The notes under the pieces: generated by a model
Databases searched by the model: none
What the model was told of the DNA's origin: nothing
Seen by the model: the letters and a program-made list of their open reading frames with translations, nothing else
Shown: positions 11,474 through 22,913 of the stretch, in pieces
How positions within the stretch are numbered: the first letter of the stretch is position 1
How the letters are laid out: each line of letters starts with the position of its first letter
Position numbers and translations under genes: made by a program
IMG/VR virus record: IMGVR_UViG_3300034105_002260
Origin: a virus
Direction: 5' to 3' (one strand)
Length of the DNA: 64,000 bases

Positions 11474-13287
11474 TGATAAAGAAAAAAATAATATTACCAA
11501 CTAAGAAATTCTTCAAGGCAGATGAAGAAGACATTAACATTCGTGTTAATTTGGATGAAACCGAAGCATTACTTAGACAAGGTGATAAGGATATTATATT
11601 GGATATTGCTCAACTTTTTGATGATGAGAGAAATGATAGTAACAATTATAAAATTCACGGAAAATTAAAAATGGTTTTCAGGAATTTATATACTGGTACC
11701 ACAACATATGCACCACTTAAAAGAAATCTTTATTTAAATGGTGATGGTACGGAAGCGTTAACAACTTATCCGGGTTCATTACCATATAACGAATTTGCGT
11801 TCCTTAGAAAAGATGTGTTAAGAGAAGTTAACATCCCACAAACAGGGTCAACTTTAACCACATTCACACAAAATATACAACTTACAGGTACCACATACAC
11901 AGGACACACAACAACAACTTCAATAGATGCTCCATATAAAAATTGGAATGTTTATTTAAGTTATGCTTACGATAAAAATTCAGACCACCCAATGGCGTAC
12001 ACCTTAACTGGAGGTACAACTGGATTAACGTATAATTTTACAGCAAAAGACGGTATCCCATTTAGGGTGGTGGATAATGGATCACAATATGTATTAACAT
12101 CACCTGTGGAACACGGAATGTCACAAGGTGAATATATCACCATTTCAACCACAGGTAATACTTTTTATTCAACAATTGGAACAGGAACAACAACAAACCT
12201 AACAGGTAGAACATTTTATATTGACTCCGTTGGTAACGAAGTACATAATTCAGAAAAATACGTTGTTAATTTAATAAAAACAGATTTTAAAACTGGATCA
12301 ATATTAGGTAATGTTGTTTTTGGTAAAAGATGTATTGATAGGGATAATATAACGGGAACTACGTCAGAATATTATGTACACAAGTTAAAAACCTTAACAG
12401 ATAACAACGATTATATTTTAGATAAACTTGGGTTTGAAACACCAATTTGGGAAGAAGAAAGAAAGTTAGTTTTTGAAACAAGTGCAGGTGATAATGATTA
12501 TTTAGTGGAATTAAACAGAATGGAATCTGTTTTATATGATTTTAAGGAACCATTAAATTTAACAGGAGTAACAAATAATTTAGGTTATACCCCAACAGAA
12601 GTTTTCTTATCTGTTATTTTTAGAAATGGAAACGGTTATTTTGATTACCCACCAAAGGTAGGTTACAAATTTCATTTTCATAACACTTGGATTGATAATC
12701 ACTTCGTAGGATCAGGTTCAACCGAAACTGGAATACCAAGTACAGGTTTCACAAGTAATATTGGAACCACAGGTTTCACTAGAGGATTGGAATTACCAAT
12801 TGGAACAGTATTAACTGGTGATTTTATTGAATATAACAGACAAGAATTAAAAGAAAGAATTGTTAGTCCCGCTTTTCATAAGTTCAATATTAAGTCCACA
12901 ATTTTTAATCACGGACAAAACACAGCATTAACATATGCGGGACAAAGCCCTGTAGGGTTATACTATCAACCATATTATAAAGTTAAATTAAGACAATTGT
13001 CACCATATATTGAAACATCAAATACTGATGACATTTACAATTTACCAGAGAACGCATCTTATTTTGAAGATGAAGGTTTATGGAAATGGAGAGATGTCTA
13101 TGATATGGGATTTGTTGATATTGAGGGTAATGGTATAGATTATCCATTTATTAATAACATTCATTACGTAAAAAACGATATTAATTTCTATTTAAGGAAT
13201 GAGGAGTATTATACCAATAAGGAAGATGGTATAACAAGTTTTAATAATAAAAACAACTTAAACGGAACAAATCTTACTGACTGTTAA
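11473..13287 (+). CDS. Putative virion structural protein
   Basis: Coupled stop/start (TAATG) in structural operon; rich in TGxT motifs. Confidence 0.6.
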   Translation: MIKKKIILPTKKFFKADEEDINIRVNLDETEALLRQGDKDIILDIAQLFDDERNDSNNYKIHGKLKMVFRNLYTGTTTYAPLKRNLYLNGDGTEALTTYPGSLPYNEFAFLRKDVLREVNIPQTGSTLTTFTQNIQLTGTTYTGHTTTTSIDAPYKNWNVYLSYAYDKNSDHPMAYTLTGGTTGLTYNFTAKDGIPFRVVDNGSQYVLTSPVEHGMSQGEYITISTTGNTFYSTIGTGTTTNLTGRTFYIDSVGNEVHNSEKYVVNLIKTDFKTGSILGNVVFGKRCIDRDNITGTTSEYYVHKLKTLTDNNDYILDKLGFETPIWEEERKLVFETSAGDNDYLVELNRMESVLYDFKEPLNLTGVTNNLGYTPTEVFLSVIFRNGNGYFDYPPKVGYKFHFHNTWIDNHFVGSGSTETGIPSTGFTSNIGTTGFTRGLELPIGTVLTGDFIEYNRQELKERIVSPAFHKFNIKSTIFNHGQNTALTYAGQSPVGLYYQPYYKVKLRQLSPYIETSNTDDIYNLPENASYFEDEGLWKWRDVYDMGFVDIEGNGIDYPFINNIHYVKNDINFYLRNEEYYTNKEDGITSFNNKNNLNGTNLTDC

Positions 13288-14081
13288 TGAAAATATTAAG
13301 AAACGATAGCGACATTAAAATTCTTTTACAAAAAGAACAGAATTTCAGAACTGACGCTGGATGGGAAGGTGATTTGCAACAAATTGAAACTCAAACCCTT
13401 AAAAAGATTATTAACGTTATTGAAAATTACGAAACAGTAAGATATGTGCACAACCCATATACTGGTTCAACGTTACCAACAGGGTTAAAACAAACAGACA
13501 TTTGGTACCAATTTTATTTTTTAAGTGGAGGAACATATGTTCAAGATTATGACCCAACAGGTTTATCATCAAAAGAAAATGTAGAAATGTTAGCACAATT
13601 TAAAAATAGTTTTTTTAGGTTGGAATTTTTTAAAACACCCAACAACGTGGCTCCAGATAGAACAAATAGAAGATTAGTTTTTGCTAAGAATTTATCATTA
13701 CCATTAGGTGAGAAATATTTTTATGAAGATTTAGGTAATTTAATCTTTAAACCAGTTTTTACTGGTTCAAACTACAGAAACTCAGAAAATATGTATCTAT
13801 TTTGGTTTCAAGATGACACCGCATTAAATGAGACGACATTAATAGGTAATACGTTTTGGATTTCTGCAAAATTCTATAATGCGGAAGACGCTTCTATTTT
13901 AGATTTTGTTAAAACCGACATCGGATCTGCTGAAGTTAAAGAATCAAACGATATGTACTATAAGATGATAATTGATAGAACAAATTATTCTTACGAAGTA
14001 TATCGTTATAATAATGGAACTCAAGGGTCTAGAATTGGAGAAAGTAATGACCCAATAAAATTCTATCAGAAAAAAGGATAA
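13287..14081 (+). CDS. Putative virion structural protein
   Basis: Coupled stop/start within structural operon. Confidence 0.55.
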   Translation: MKILRNDSDIKILLQKEQNFRTDAGWEGDLQQIETQTLKKIINVIENYETVRYVHNPYTGSTLPTGLKQTDIWYQFYFLSGGTYVQDYDPTGLSSKENVEMLAQFKNSFFRLEFFKTPNNVAPDRTNRRLVFAKNLSLPLGEKYFYEDLGNLIFKPVFTGSNYRNSENMYLFWFQDDTALNETTLIGNTFWISAKFYNAEDASILDFVKTDIGSAEVKESNDMYYKMIIDRTNYSYEVYRYNNGTQGSRIGESNDPIKFYQKKG

Positions 14082-15001
14082 TGGAACCAAATAAATACGA
14101 AATATTAAAACAAACCGGAATTACATTCAATATACCACTTTATTTAGAAAGTAGTGTGGATGAGATGGGTGTTATGGTTGGATTTGACGGGGAGATACAA
14201 CAAGTGGACCAAATCGTTAATTTTACCTATTCAGGTGCAACAGGGTCTAAAACAGTTACATTATATTCCACAACAAATCCAGATAAATTAAGAAAAATAG
14301 TTGACCAAGTGTATTCCATCAATTGGGGGGACGGTTCGGTAAGTGTCCCATTTCCAGTTAATAAAAATATTCCAAACTCTTCTTTTCCCTCCACAGGACA
14401 TACATATACTACAAATGGTACATATGATGTTTCAATAACATTATCAGCTCCCTGGGGAACTCAAATAGTTAAAAAACAAATTACAGTACCAATTAACAAT
14501 CCAAATACAATTAGTAATGAATTTGGATCATTTAGTGGGGTGACGATGCCAATTGAAATTGATTACATAAATAATTTAGACAATTCAACAGGATTAACGG
14601 GAAATGCCACCATTAAATTTATGGGTATAGGTAAAAGTAGAATTGAAGAATTAAGGAAGTACGGTCAAACAACTTTTAACGGGGTAACAACGGGTTCTAC
14701 GGACGGTTCTAGTTGGAGTGGATATACTTTAGATAATCTTTATTATCGTGACTTTACAGATGGTTATACGATGATTACGGGTAGTACGTCTAGTTTTACC
14801 AAAGAAGAAGTGGTTAATAGAATGGTTACAAGAAATGAACATTTTTTAGGATTTATTGATGAGCCAACAATTTATTCTGACATTTTTGTTGAGAGAGGAA
14901 AACAAGGTGTGATGGAGAAAAATTTAAGATTAGGAGAAATTGACAACATAGGTGAAGTAGACATATACGGAAATGGATATTTTAATGTGAGAAAACAATA
15001 A
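14081..15001 (+). CDS. Putative virion protein with PKD-like Ig domain
   Basis: YSINWGDGS...HTYTTNGTYDVSITL PKD signature. Confidence 0.7.
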   Translation: MEPNKYEILKQTGITFNIPLYLESSVDEMGVMVGFDGEIQQVDQIVNFTYSGATGSKTVTLYSTTNPDKLRKIVDQVYSINWGDGSVSVPFPVNKNIPNSSFPSTGHTYTTNGTYDVSITLSAPWGTQIVKKQITVPINNPNTISNEFGSFSGVTMPIEIDYINNLDNSTGLTGNATIKFMGIGKSRIEELRKYGQTTFNGVTTGSTDGSSWSGYTLDNLYYRDFTDGYTMITGSTSSFTKEEVVNRMVTRNEHFLGFIDEPTIYSDIFVERGKQGVMEKNLRLGEIDNIGEVDIYGNGYFNVRKQ

Positions 15002-15025
15002 AAATTATATTTATTATAAAAAGTT

Positions 15026-15943
15026 ATGGCAGTAGGAAGTTACGGAATAATTAGACCAGCAGATGTATCCCCAGCGGACGTAGATGTTTTTTATCACTAC
15101 GTTCCAAATAGAACATCAACTGCGGAGGTAACCTTAAAAAAGTTAAACTCACAAGAAGTCCTTGCTCCAGTTTTTCATAACGGAGATACCACAGAAAGTA
15201 CGGACGCTCCAAATGTCGAAATTTTAGGTGGATTATACAACTTAACACTAACTTCAGATGATTTTAGTGATTTAGGAATATATACACTTCATATTAGACC
15301 AAAACAAATCAGAACCTCAATTACGGATTGTGGTATTTTAGCTTCATTACCATCGGTTAGAGGGTTGGTTATCGATTTAAGTAACGTTCCATCTGCTGAC
15401 AGAAACAAATTTACACCACAAGGATTGGTTGGATATCGTATTGAGTATTTAAATTCAAACGATAACACCAAAGTTACAAATTTTTATAGAATAGTAACGT
15501 CATCTTTTTATTGTACACCAGTTGTTTCAAACTTAACTAGTACAACTCAAAAGGCGATTAGATACCAATATAGTGTTGCGGCTTCAAATTTATTATTTTT
15601 AACTGTAACACCATCTTCGGCACCATCAAGTAGACCAAATGTGGTTCCATTTATTGGTCAACCAGGACAAAACATCATTTTAACCAATACATTCTTTAAC
15701 CCAACAACTGTTGAAGTGGAAATGGTTGAACACGATTCGTCAACATTAGCATACGCATTATACGGTAACCAAAGTAAGGCAGTGTCTTCAGGTATCTATA
15801 CAATTTACGATAACAATAACAATATCTTCAAACAATACAATCTTTATGAAGTTAAGGACGAGTTTAACGAAACCTTATTCGAGATTAGAGAAAACAAGAC
15901 AGATATTGATGAGACATTAAATTTCGATGATATTACACAATAA
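15026..15943 (+). CDS. Putative virion structural protein
   Basis: 305 aa ORF with upstream TATTTAT motif, coupled to next gene. Confidence 0.55.
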   Translation: MAVGSYGIIRPADVSPADVDVFYHYVPNRTSTAEVTLKKLNSQEVLAPVFHNGDTTESTDAPNVEILGGLYNLTLTSDDFSDLGIYTLHIRPKQIRTSITDCGILASLPSVRGLVIDLSNVPSADRNKFTPQGLVGYRIEYLNSNDNTKVTNFYRIVTSSFYCTPVVSNLTSTTQKAIRYQYSVAASNLLFLTVTPSSAPSSRPNVVPFIGQPGQNIILTNTFFNPTTVEVEMVEHDSSTLAYALYGNQSKAVSSGIYTIYDNNNNIFKQYNLYEVKDEFNETLFEIRENKTDIDETLNFDDITQ

Positions 15944-18900
15944 TGGCAAGAAGAAAAGTTCCAAGTCAAGTTGCGACAGGTGCAGAAACATTTAGCGATA
16001 GCTTAGTCGGTAGACAAATTACCGACGGTACTAGTCAATTGACTAATACGAACTTTGCCATTGACCGTATCATACCAGAAAAAGATAGTAAGAAATTTAG
16101 AACTAGTCAATTTTCAGATTTTTTAACGTTAGACGATTTAAAAGAGGAAACGGATTCCCCAACCACATCAACAAAAACCAAAGAAGAGAGAAAAAAAGAA
16201 ATTAAATTTAAATCTTCTAAAACTAATGCTGCGGTTTCTACTTTCGGTTCATTAAGAAGTAGATTACTTGCATCGATTACACGAATTATTAAGAAATTCC
16301 CAGCGACATCACTTGTTGATTCCGAGAGTTTAATTAAGAATTCAATTTATACTGCGTACAACATATCTTACGATTTTAATCAGAACACAACGGAATTTAC
16401 TGTTGATTTTGCAATGATTTATAATCCGTTAGATGTTTCATTTATAAAACCAGAGAGTAATGTAATACCAACCACCGATAATGAGGTTAGAAATTTTTAT
16501 TCATCATATAAAAAATATGTAATAGAAGTTTCAGGTACAACTTATCCTGTATTAACATATAGTGAACCAAATTCAAATAACGAAGTTTCATTTAAAGTTT
16601 TTGGTAAACCATTTGGAGTCTTATCAACTTACAATTTTAATTATTTAATTAGACCAAACGACGGTATAGTTGAAGAATTCTATATGGGGTTAGACGATTT
16701 GGAAGAAACACTCCTAAACAGAGAATCTTCACCTAAATTCAAAACCTCATTCAAAGTACCAAGAGATAGTTTCGAAGGAGACAAAACAGAAATAACTGAC
16801 GTTGAGGTTGCTTGGCCAACATCTAAAGATGGTTGGAATATTAAAATTGTCGGTTTAGAATATGAAAATTATCTAACCCAATTAATTGATTTATCTGATG
16901 AAATAGACAATTACAAATCAAACCTTTTTATAAGGTTTATGAGTGCTCCTCAATTGTATGAGTTCGATAGTGACGATAAAAAAATAGAATCAATATTTCA
17001 ATTATACGGTCAAAATTTTGACAAGGTAAAAAAATACATATCGAACATTGCAAATATGCGTAATGTTTCGTACGATGGTATTAATAACGTTCCTGACGTA
17101 TTATTAAAAAACTTAGCAAATACGTTAGGTCTATCAACAGTTAGTCTTTTAGATGAAAAACAAATTGATGAGTTATTATACGTTAGACAAGATTCCCAAT
17201 ACGAGGCGGTTAACCTTGGTACAAACATTGTTGACGCTGAATATGAATTTTACAGAAGATTATTAGTCAATTTAGTTGAATTATACAAATCAAAAGGTAC
17301 AAGAAAATCTATTGAATTTTTCTTACAATTCTTAGGTGCTCCTGAACCAATGATTAAAATAAACGAATACGTTTATAAAGTAGTTGGGTTCCCTAAGTCT
17401 TTAGATTTAGAGTCGGATATTTGGGATGTTATTGAAGGTACAAAAGTTAATACAACTCTAACCTTCGATGAAGACACATTTTCATATATAACAGGAACTA
17501 CAACATCAAAAACAACTTACGATAGAAAAGAATATCCAGTAATTGAAAACACAATCTTACCTAGACGAGCGTATGACGATGTAACTGATATGTTCTTCCA
17601 AAAAGGTGCGGGTTGGTATGAGAAAACATTAGACCATAGATCTTCAATGATTTTGGATAAGGAATTGTCAAAAGGAACTTATGTTAATGGTGAATTCCAA
17701 TTAACAGGTAGAACCAAAACAATTAAAACCAAATCAAAAGATTTTACATATGGTGAGGATTATTTCGATGTATTCAGAACTTTACCTGGTTTAGATACGG
17801 GATTTGATATTGTTAATCAAATTGATAATAAGAAATCACACCCAACAGATGACGGTTCAGTTTATTTATTAAATAGAAAAAATATTAGTATTAACCTATC
17901 GGCAGCTCAAACTCTTGATTATGACATTTATAGAAAATCTAGAGAATTAAGTTTGTCATTTGGTAGTGTAACGTTAACACCACAAACGGGGGTAACCTTT
18001 GCTGAATTTTTAAATAAAACATTAAGTGAACAAATTAAAAATTCAAACACTGTAAAGTACAAAAAGAATTATATTATTCTTGAGGACATTTATAGGGATT
18101 ATATTACAAATACAAGTTTCACACCATATAATCTTCCCGATATTACGGAGTTCATCAATAAGATGAGTCCATATTGGACACAAGTAATCGACCAATTTAT
18201 ACCTGCAACCACATTATGGATGGGAGGTAATTTAATTGAGAATGGTTTATTTGGTCGTTCAAAATATCAATACAAATTCGGATGTCAACCAAGAGAATTT
18301 ATCGAGGAGTTATATCCAGATTTTGAAACGGCAATTGAAGAAGATTTAGAGACATTACTTGGAGATGAAGATAACTTTAGAGGATTATTAAATTCAACAG
18401 GAGTTACTTATTATCCAATAATCGAAATAGATGGGGTAGTTTATACTGGTAACGCTGTTGTTGTTAGCGGAATTGTTAACACATCAACTAGCGCTAAATT
18501 ATTTGATGAATGGATTTTAAATGACTGTACTTGTTACTTTAGTGGTACCGCTTTATTAAATGGACCAACAAGAACATATACACATAAGTTACCATTAATT
18601 TGTGACTATAAACAATATATTAATCCAGATGTTACCAAAATAAAAGAACTTTGGAGACAATCATTAGTTACGTTAATTAATTTTATTAATTCGAACACTG
18701 ATATAGATGAGGCTGGGTGTATTGACACATATGAACCATATGCTTTAGCCGCAAGATGGCCTTGTTATAGTGGATGTACTTTAAGTGGTACAACAAAATA
18801 TGGTACATCACCAAACACATTACCAGGACCATATCAATGTGTTGGGGTAGATAAGAAATTAATTGATCATCAGTTTTTTACTGATACTGACGGTGTTGAA

Positions 18901-21717
18901 AAAATTAAATTCACATCAATAAAACACGGTCCAAACGACTGTTCGGTTGAGGAATATTTTGATTATAAATTTAAATCATTAAACGACCCACAATTAACAA
19001 ATTGTGGAATTGAGTTGGACTTTTCAAACGAATGCCCCAACGGTAAATTAACAACATATGTGTTGGGTAGTGAGGTTGATTGTAAAATCAAAGGTGATGT
19101 AACTATTAAAATTACAGGTACCACCGTAACAGTACAAAGTGGGTCAACAACCAATTGGCCAGTCTATGTTCATAAAAATTGTGAGATTGGAGTTAATCCA
19201 TTGTCAAATTATTCATTATCTGGTGCGACAATGGATTCACAAGGTAATTGTACATTAGTATTAAGAAATGTTTATGAGGATGATGTAATTGATTTATTAT
19301 TTACGGACGCAGCTAACTGTGACGTTAAAGTAAAAATAGAAGGATTAAATGTAAGATATGTACAAGGTAATAAATTAAACATAGCAAAAGAAGATGATAT
19401 TACATATCAAATAGTTCCAAAAATTCAATATAGAGAATCTTTTAATTATGGTCTAAAAGGTGACTCATATGTATTATTATATACAGGTTCGACATCAACA
19501 GGATCAACAATATTAAGTGATTATGTTAAGTCCCAAGTTATTAATTTAAATGAAAATGATATTATATTATCTGCATCATATAAAAATTGTAATAACATAA
19601 AAAACCAAGATATAAAAAATGGTATTTTAAATGACAATTTTTCATTTGTATTTGATTACGTACCGATTAAAATAACTAGAAAAGATTGTTTAGGTTCGGT
19701 TAAAAAAAGTGTAATTGTTGGTAGAACAAAAACGGGAGTCTTGGAAACATTTAAGGTGTTACCAACATCTAAATTGAGAGTATACACCAATAAATCTATT
19801 ACAATTGAATCAGGAGGTAATGTTTTAATTGACAAAAGTAAATTTTATTTCTTTGACGAAAGATTTCCAGAACAATTACAAATTGCGGTAGAACAATTAG
19901 AACCTTGTTGTGATCATAATAATGATTATATAGAAAGAGGTGATTTCTTAATAACCGCTAGTGGTAAATTAATTGAAGTAATTTCAGTAGATTTAGACTA
20001 TTGTGCTCCCGAAATTTATTTCAATTTAAATATAACCACAAACCCAACAAATTTAATAGTTTTCAACGGTAATATTAATCACCAATTGTTGTCACAACAT
20101 TATTATGATTTATTCTCAAGGTTTAATGTTAATTTAAATCAAGTTTATATAACAGATTGTTGTCCTGACGGAAGACCTGTTCCAAGAGTTATGGGTTCAA
20201 ATCCTTGTAATATGGTTGATAACGTAGGTTTACCTTGTGGTGATTCATACCCAACACCAACTCCTACTCCAACACCAACTAGTACACCAACTAGTACACC
20301 AACAAATACGCCAACACCAACTCCTACAGCAACACCAACTCCTACAGCAACACCAACTCCAACGGCAACTTCTACTAGTACACCTACACCAACGGCTACT
20401 AATACCCCTACACCAACACCTACACCTAATTGTGTCTTTAATGTAGATATAACAACCCCTACACCGACACCAACACCTACTATTACACCAACACCAACAC
20501 CTACACCTAATTGTGTCTTTAATGTGGATATAATAAAATCTACATCAACGCCTACACCAACTCCAACGCCTACACCTAATTGTGATTTTAATGTAGATGT
20601 TATAAAGGCCACATCAACGCCAACACCTACGCCAACTCCTACACCAAATTGTGATTTTAATGTAGATGTTATAAAGGCTACATCAACACCTACTCCAACA
20701 CCAACTAGTACGCCAACCCCAACTCCTACACCTAATTGTGATTTTGATGTGGTGGCGGTTAATATAACAACCCCTACACCAACACCTACTAGTACGCCAA
20801 CTCCAACACCAACTCCAAATTGTGAGTTTGATGTTGTGGTTGTTAATATAACAACGCCAACCCCTACACCAACTAGTACTCCAACACCAACCCCTACACC
20901 GACACCAACTAGCACACCAAATTGTGAGTTCGATGTAATTGTAGATAATATTACAACGCCAACACCTACACCAACATCCACTAGTACACCAACGCCAACC
21001 CCTACACCAACAGAAACTCCAAATTGTGAGTTCGATGTAATTGTAGATAATATTACGACGCCAACACCAACCCCTACACCAACTAGCACACCAACACCAA
21101 CACCTACACCAACATTGGATTGTACATATGAATTTGAATTCACACCTATCGAACAACCATCATCAAGTAACATAATTGGTAGTGCGTTAATAGATGTTTT
21201 TGTTAATTCAAGTGTTACTGAAATGAAATTATTACAATCAACCTCAACAACTTCTGAATACAATCAGTTTGTTTCTATATCTACAACAAAATCAGATAGA
21301 AGATTACCATCAAATGTTGTACCTGTTTCCGATAGTTATTTATTGGGACCAATTAGTAAATCAGATAATGGGGATGACGATTTCTATAGATTTGCGGTAA
21401 ATGTTGAGTTATTAAAAGAAAATTATCCACTAATAAATGTTTTTGAATTTGACCTATATGGAAAAAGAACAGACTCATCAACGGGATATATTCCTATCAG
21501 ATTTACAAGAGGTATCAAAATGAATTCACAAATTGATGTGAACCCATTAAACGGAGTTGATTTTGGAAATATTATGCATCCAAATGATGACTATACCGCC
21601 GACACACCAGGGGATGTTACAACAAAAATAACAGCATCACAAGGAGTTTTCCAAAGAATTGCAACATTTGTTTACAATAAATTGAATAATACTTTTACAT
21701 ATACAAACCTTATTTAG
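15943..21717 (+). CDS. Giant baseplate/tail protein (P2 gpI/T4 gp7-like segment) with Pro-Thr/CxF repeat stalk
   Basis: [22 protein letters not shown] tail-protein-I-like motif; ~300 aa PT repeat region near C-terminus. Confidence 0.7.
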   Translation: MARRKVPSQVATGAETFSDSLVGRQITDGTSQLTNTNFAIDRIIPEKDSKKFRTSQFSDFLTLDDLKEETDSPTTSTKTKEERKKEIKFKSSKTNAAVSTFGSLRSRLLASITRIIKKFPATSLVDSESLIKNSIYTAYNISYDFNQNTTEFTVDFAMIYNPLDVSFIKPESNVIPTTDNEVRNFYSSYKKYVIEVSGTTYPVLTYSEPNSNNEVSFKVFGKPFGVLSTYNFNYLIRPNDGIVEEFYMGLDDLEETLLNRESSPKFKTSFKVPRDSFEGDKTEITDVEVAWPTSKDGWNIKIVGLEYENYLTQLIDLSDEIDNYKSNLFIRFMSAPQLYEFDSDDKKIESIFQLYGQNFDKVKKYISNIANMRNVSYDGINNVPDVLLKNLANTLGLSTVSLLDEKQIDELLYVRQDSQYEAVNLGTNIVDAEYEFYRRLLVNLVELYKSKGTRKSIEFFLQFLGAPEPMIKINEYVYKVVGFPKSLDLESDIWDVIEGTKVNTTLTFDEDTFSYITGTTTSKTTYDRKEYPVIENTILPRRAYDDVTDMFFQKGAGWYEKTLDHRSSMILDKELSKGTYVNGEFQLTGRTKTIKTKSKDFTYGEDYFDVFRTLPGLDTGFDIVNQIDNKKSHPTDDGSVYLLNRKNISINLSAAQTLDYDIYRKSRELSLSFGSVTLTPQTGVTFAEFLNKTLSEQIKNSNTVKYKKNYIILEDIYRDYITNTSFTPYNLPDITEFINKMSPYWTQVIDQFIPATTLWMGGNLIENGLFGRSKYQYKFGCQPREFIEELYPDFETAIEEDLETLLGDEDNFRGLLNSTGVTYYPIIEIDGVVYTGNAVVVSGIVNTSTSAKLFDEWILNDCTCYFSGTALLNGPTRTYTHKLPLICDYKQYINPDVTKIKELWRQSLVTLINFINSNTDIDEAGCIDTYEPYALAARWPCYSGCTLSGTTKYGTSPNTLPGPYQCVGVDKKLIDHQFFTDTDGVEKIKFTSIKHGPNDCSVEEYFDYKFKSLNDPQLTNCGIELDFSNECPNGKLTTYVLGSEVDCKIKGDVTIKITGTTVTVQSGSTTNWPVYVHKNCEIGVNPLSNYSLSGATMDSQGNCTLVLRNVYEDDVIDLLFTDAANCDVKVKIEGLNVRYVQGNKLNIAKEDDITYQIVPKIQYRESFNYGLKGDSYVLLYTGSTSTGSTILSDYVKSQVINLNENDIILSASYKNCNNIKNQDIKNGILNDNFSFVFDYVPIKITRKDCLGSVKKSVIVGRTKTGVLETFKVLPTSKLRVYTNKSITIESGGNVLIDKSKFYFFDERFPEQLQIAVEQLEPCCDHNNDYIERGDFLITASGKLIEVISVDLDYCAPEIYFNLNITTNPTNLIVFNGNINHQLLSQHYYDLFSRFNVNLNQVYITDCCPDGRPVPRVMGSNPCNMVDNVGLPCGDSYPTPTPTPTPTSTPTSTPTNTPTPTPTATPTPTATPTPTATSTSTPTPTATNTPTPTPTPNCVFNVDITTPTPTPTPTITPTPTPTPNCVFNVDIIKSTSTPTPTPTPTPNCDFNVDVIKATSTPTPTPTPTPNCDFNVDVIKATSTPTPTPTSTPTPTPTPNCDFDVVAVNITTPTPTPTSTPTPTPTPNCEFDVVVVNITTPTPTPTSTPTPTPTPTPTSTPNCEFDVIVDNITTPTPTPTSTSTPTPTPTPTETPNCEFDVIVDNITTPTPTPTPTSTPTPTPTPTLDCTYEFEFTPIEQPSSSNIIGSALIDVFVNSSVTEMKLLQSTSTTSEYNQFVSISTTKSDRRLPSNVVPVSDSYLLGPISKSDNGDDDFYRFAVNVELLKENYPLINVFEFDLYGKRTDSSTGYIPIRFTRGIKMNSQIDVNPLNGVDFGNIMHPNDDYTADTPGDVTTKITASQGVFQRIATFVYNKLNNTFTYTNLI
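20251..21150 (+). repeat. Pro-Thr tracts alternating with PNC[VDE]F[ND]V[DVI] units
   Basis: CCN-ACN codon repeats with nine Cys-containing spacers; near-identical DNA units such as ccaaattgtgagttcgatgtaattgtagataatatta. Confidence 0.95.
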
Positions 21718-21722
21718 AATAA

Positions 21723-22910
21723 ATGGCAAAATATTATAACATAAAACTTACTTCAGGAACTTCAAACGGACCGTACACGATTTACTACAATTCGGTTAGT
21801 GCGGGTAATGTGGCTACAATAGTTTCATTAGGAACTCCTGCTAGTGGTTTAACTTATAATAATGTATATCCTAATGGTGTTAATGTTTCCGTTCCAAATT
21901 TTGCAACATCATTATATGTTTACAATACAAGTTGTAATGATTATGATTCTTTTATTGTACCAACTCCTACACCGACACCGACACCAACTAGTACACCAAC
22001 TCCAACGCCAACTCCAACACCTACACCAAATTGTGAGTTTGATATAGTGGTGGATAATATAACAACTCCTACTCCAACACCGACACCAACGGCAACCAAT
22101 ACCCCTACACCTACACCAACTCCTACACCAAATTGCGAGTTTGATGTGATTGTAGATAACATCACCACACCAACTCCAACACCAACACCTACGGAGACCC
22201 CTACACCAACCCCAACTCCTACTAGTACACCGACACCAACCCCTGATTGTATATTTGACGCTTCATTTGATGAAAGTGTACCAATAGTTATTGACGAAAA
22301 TACTCAAATTAATATTTGGTTTGACGATTCTGGTTCAATGAATCAGACTTTAGAGCCATTAGAAACAATGAGAAATACAATATTAAAGAACTGTTTATTA
22401 CAATTCTATAATAACGATAGTAATCTATATGATGCAAATGTATCGGTTAAAAACTTTAGCCAAAAATCATCAGGAACTGAAAGAACATTCTGGATTTTAG
22501 ATACAACTGGAACAACTGGATCAGTAACAAAGGTAATCAATTTAGCATTCCAAGATGAGTCTACACCATATGGGGCAGACGGAACTTCGTTTAATGTTAA
22601 TAGTGCTAGACAATCAACATATTCAACTGACATAACGAATTTCAGAACAACTTTAAATTCATTACCAAATACATATTATAGAGGTGTAATTTTTAGAGTT
22701 AATACTGGACCAAATAGTTACGATGGATTTAGACAATTTATTGAGGCGGTAAGAGATGGTTCAGGTAATTATAGTGGGGCTTTTGGATTATCAAATAGAA
22801 ACGAAATTGCGTATGTAACAAATGTAACTGCTTCGTCAACCGCACAGTACTACGCAAATCAAATAATAACAGCGTTGAATACGCTAGGATATAACTTAGA
22901 AGCTTGTTAA
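21723..22910 (+). CDS. PT-linker protein with C-terminal vWA-like domain
   Basis: N-terminal SGTxxGPYTIYY module, PT/CxFD repeats, IWFDDSGSM (DxSxS MIDAS-like). Confidence 0.7.
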   Translation: MAKYYNIKLTSGTSNGPYTIYYNSVSAGNVATIVSLGTPASGLTYNNVYPNGVNVSVPNFATSLYVYNTSCNDYDSFIVPTPTPTPTPTSTPTPTPTPTPTPNCEFDIVVDNITTPTPTPTPTATNTPTPTPTPTPNCEFDVIVDNITTPTPTPTPTETPTPTPTPTSTPTPTPDCIFDASFDESVPIVIDENTQINIWFDDSGSMNQTLEPLETMRNTILKNCLLQFYNNDSNLYDANVSVKNFSQKSSGTERTFWILDTTGTTGSVTKVINLAFQDESTPYGADGTSFNVNSARQSTYSTDITNFRTTLNSLPNTYYRGVIFRVNTGPNSYDGFRQFIEAVRDGSGNYSGAFGLSNRNEIAYVTNVTASSTAQYYANQIITALNTLGYNLEAC

Positions 22911-22913
22911 TAA

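Noticed and set aside
20251-21150. Repeat-spacer appearance suggesting a CRISPR array
   Set aside because: Units are degenerate at third codon positions, in frame within a CDS, and no cas genes are visible
20145-21263. Long minus-strand VGVG ORFs (also 21941, 22976, 27308, 28517, 31913) and Gln/His-rich alternative-frame ORFs
   Set aside because: Shadows of the CCN-ACN Pro-Thr codon repeats, which lack stops in other frames
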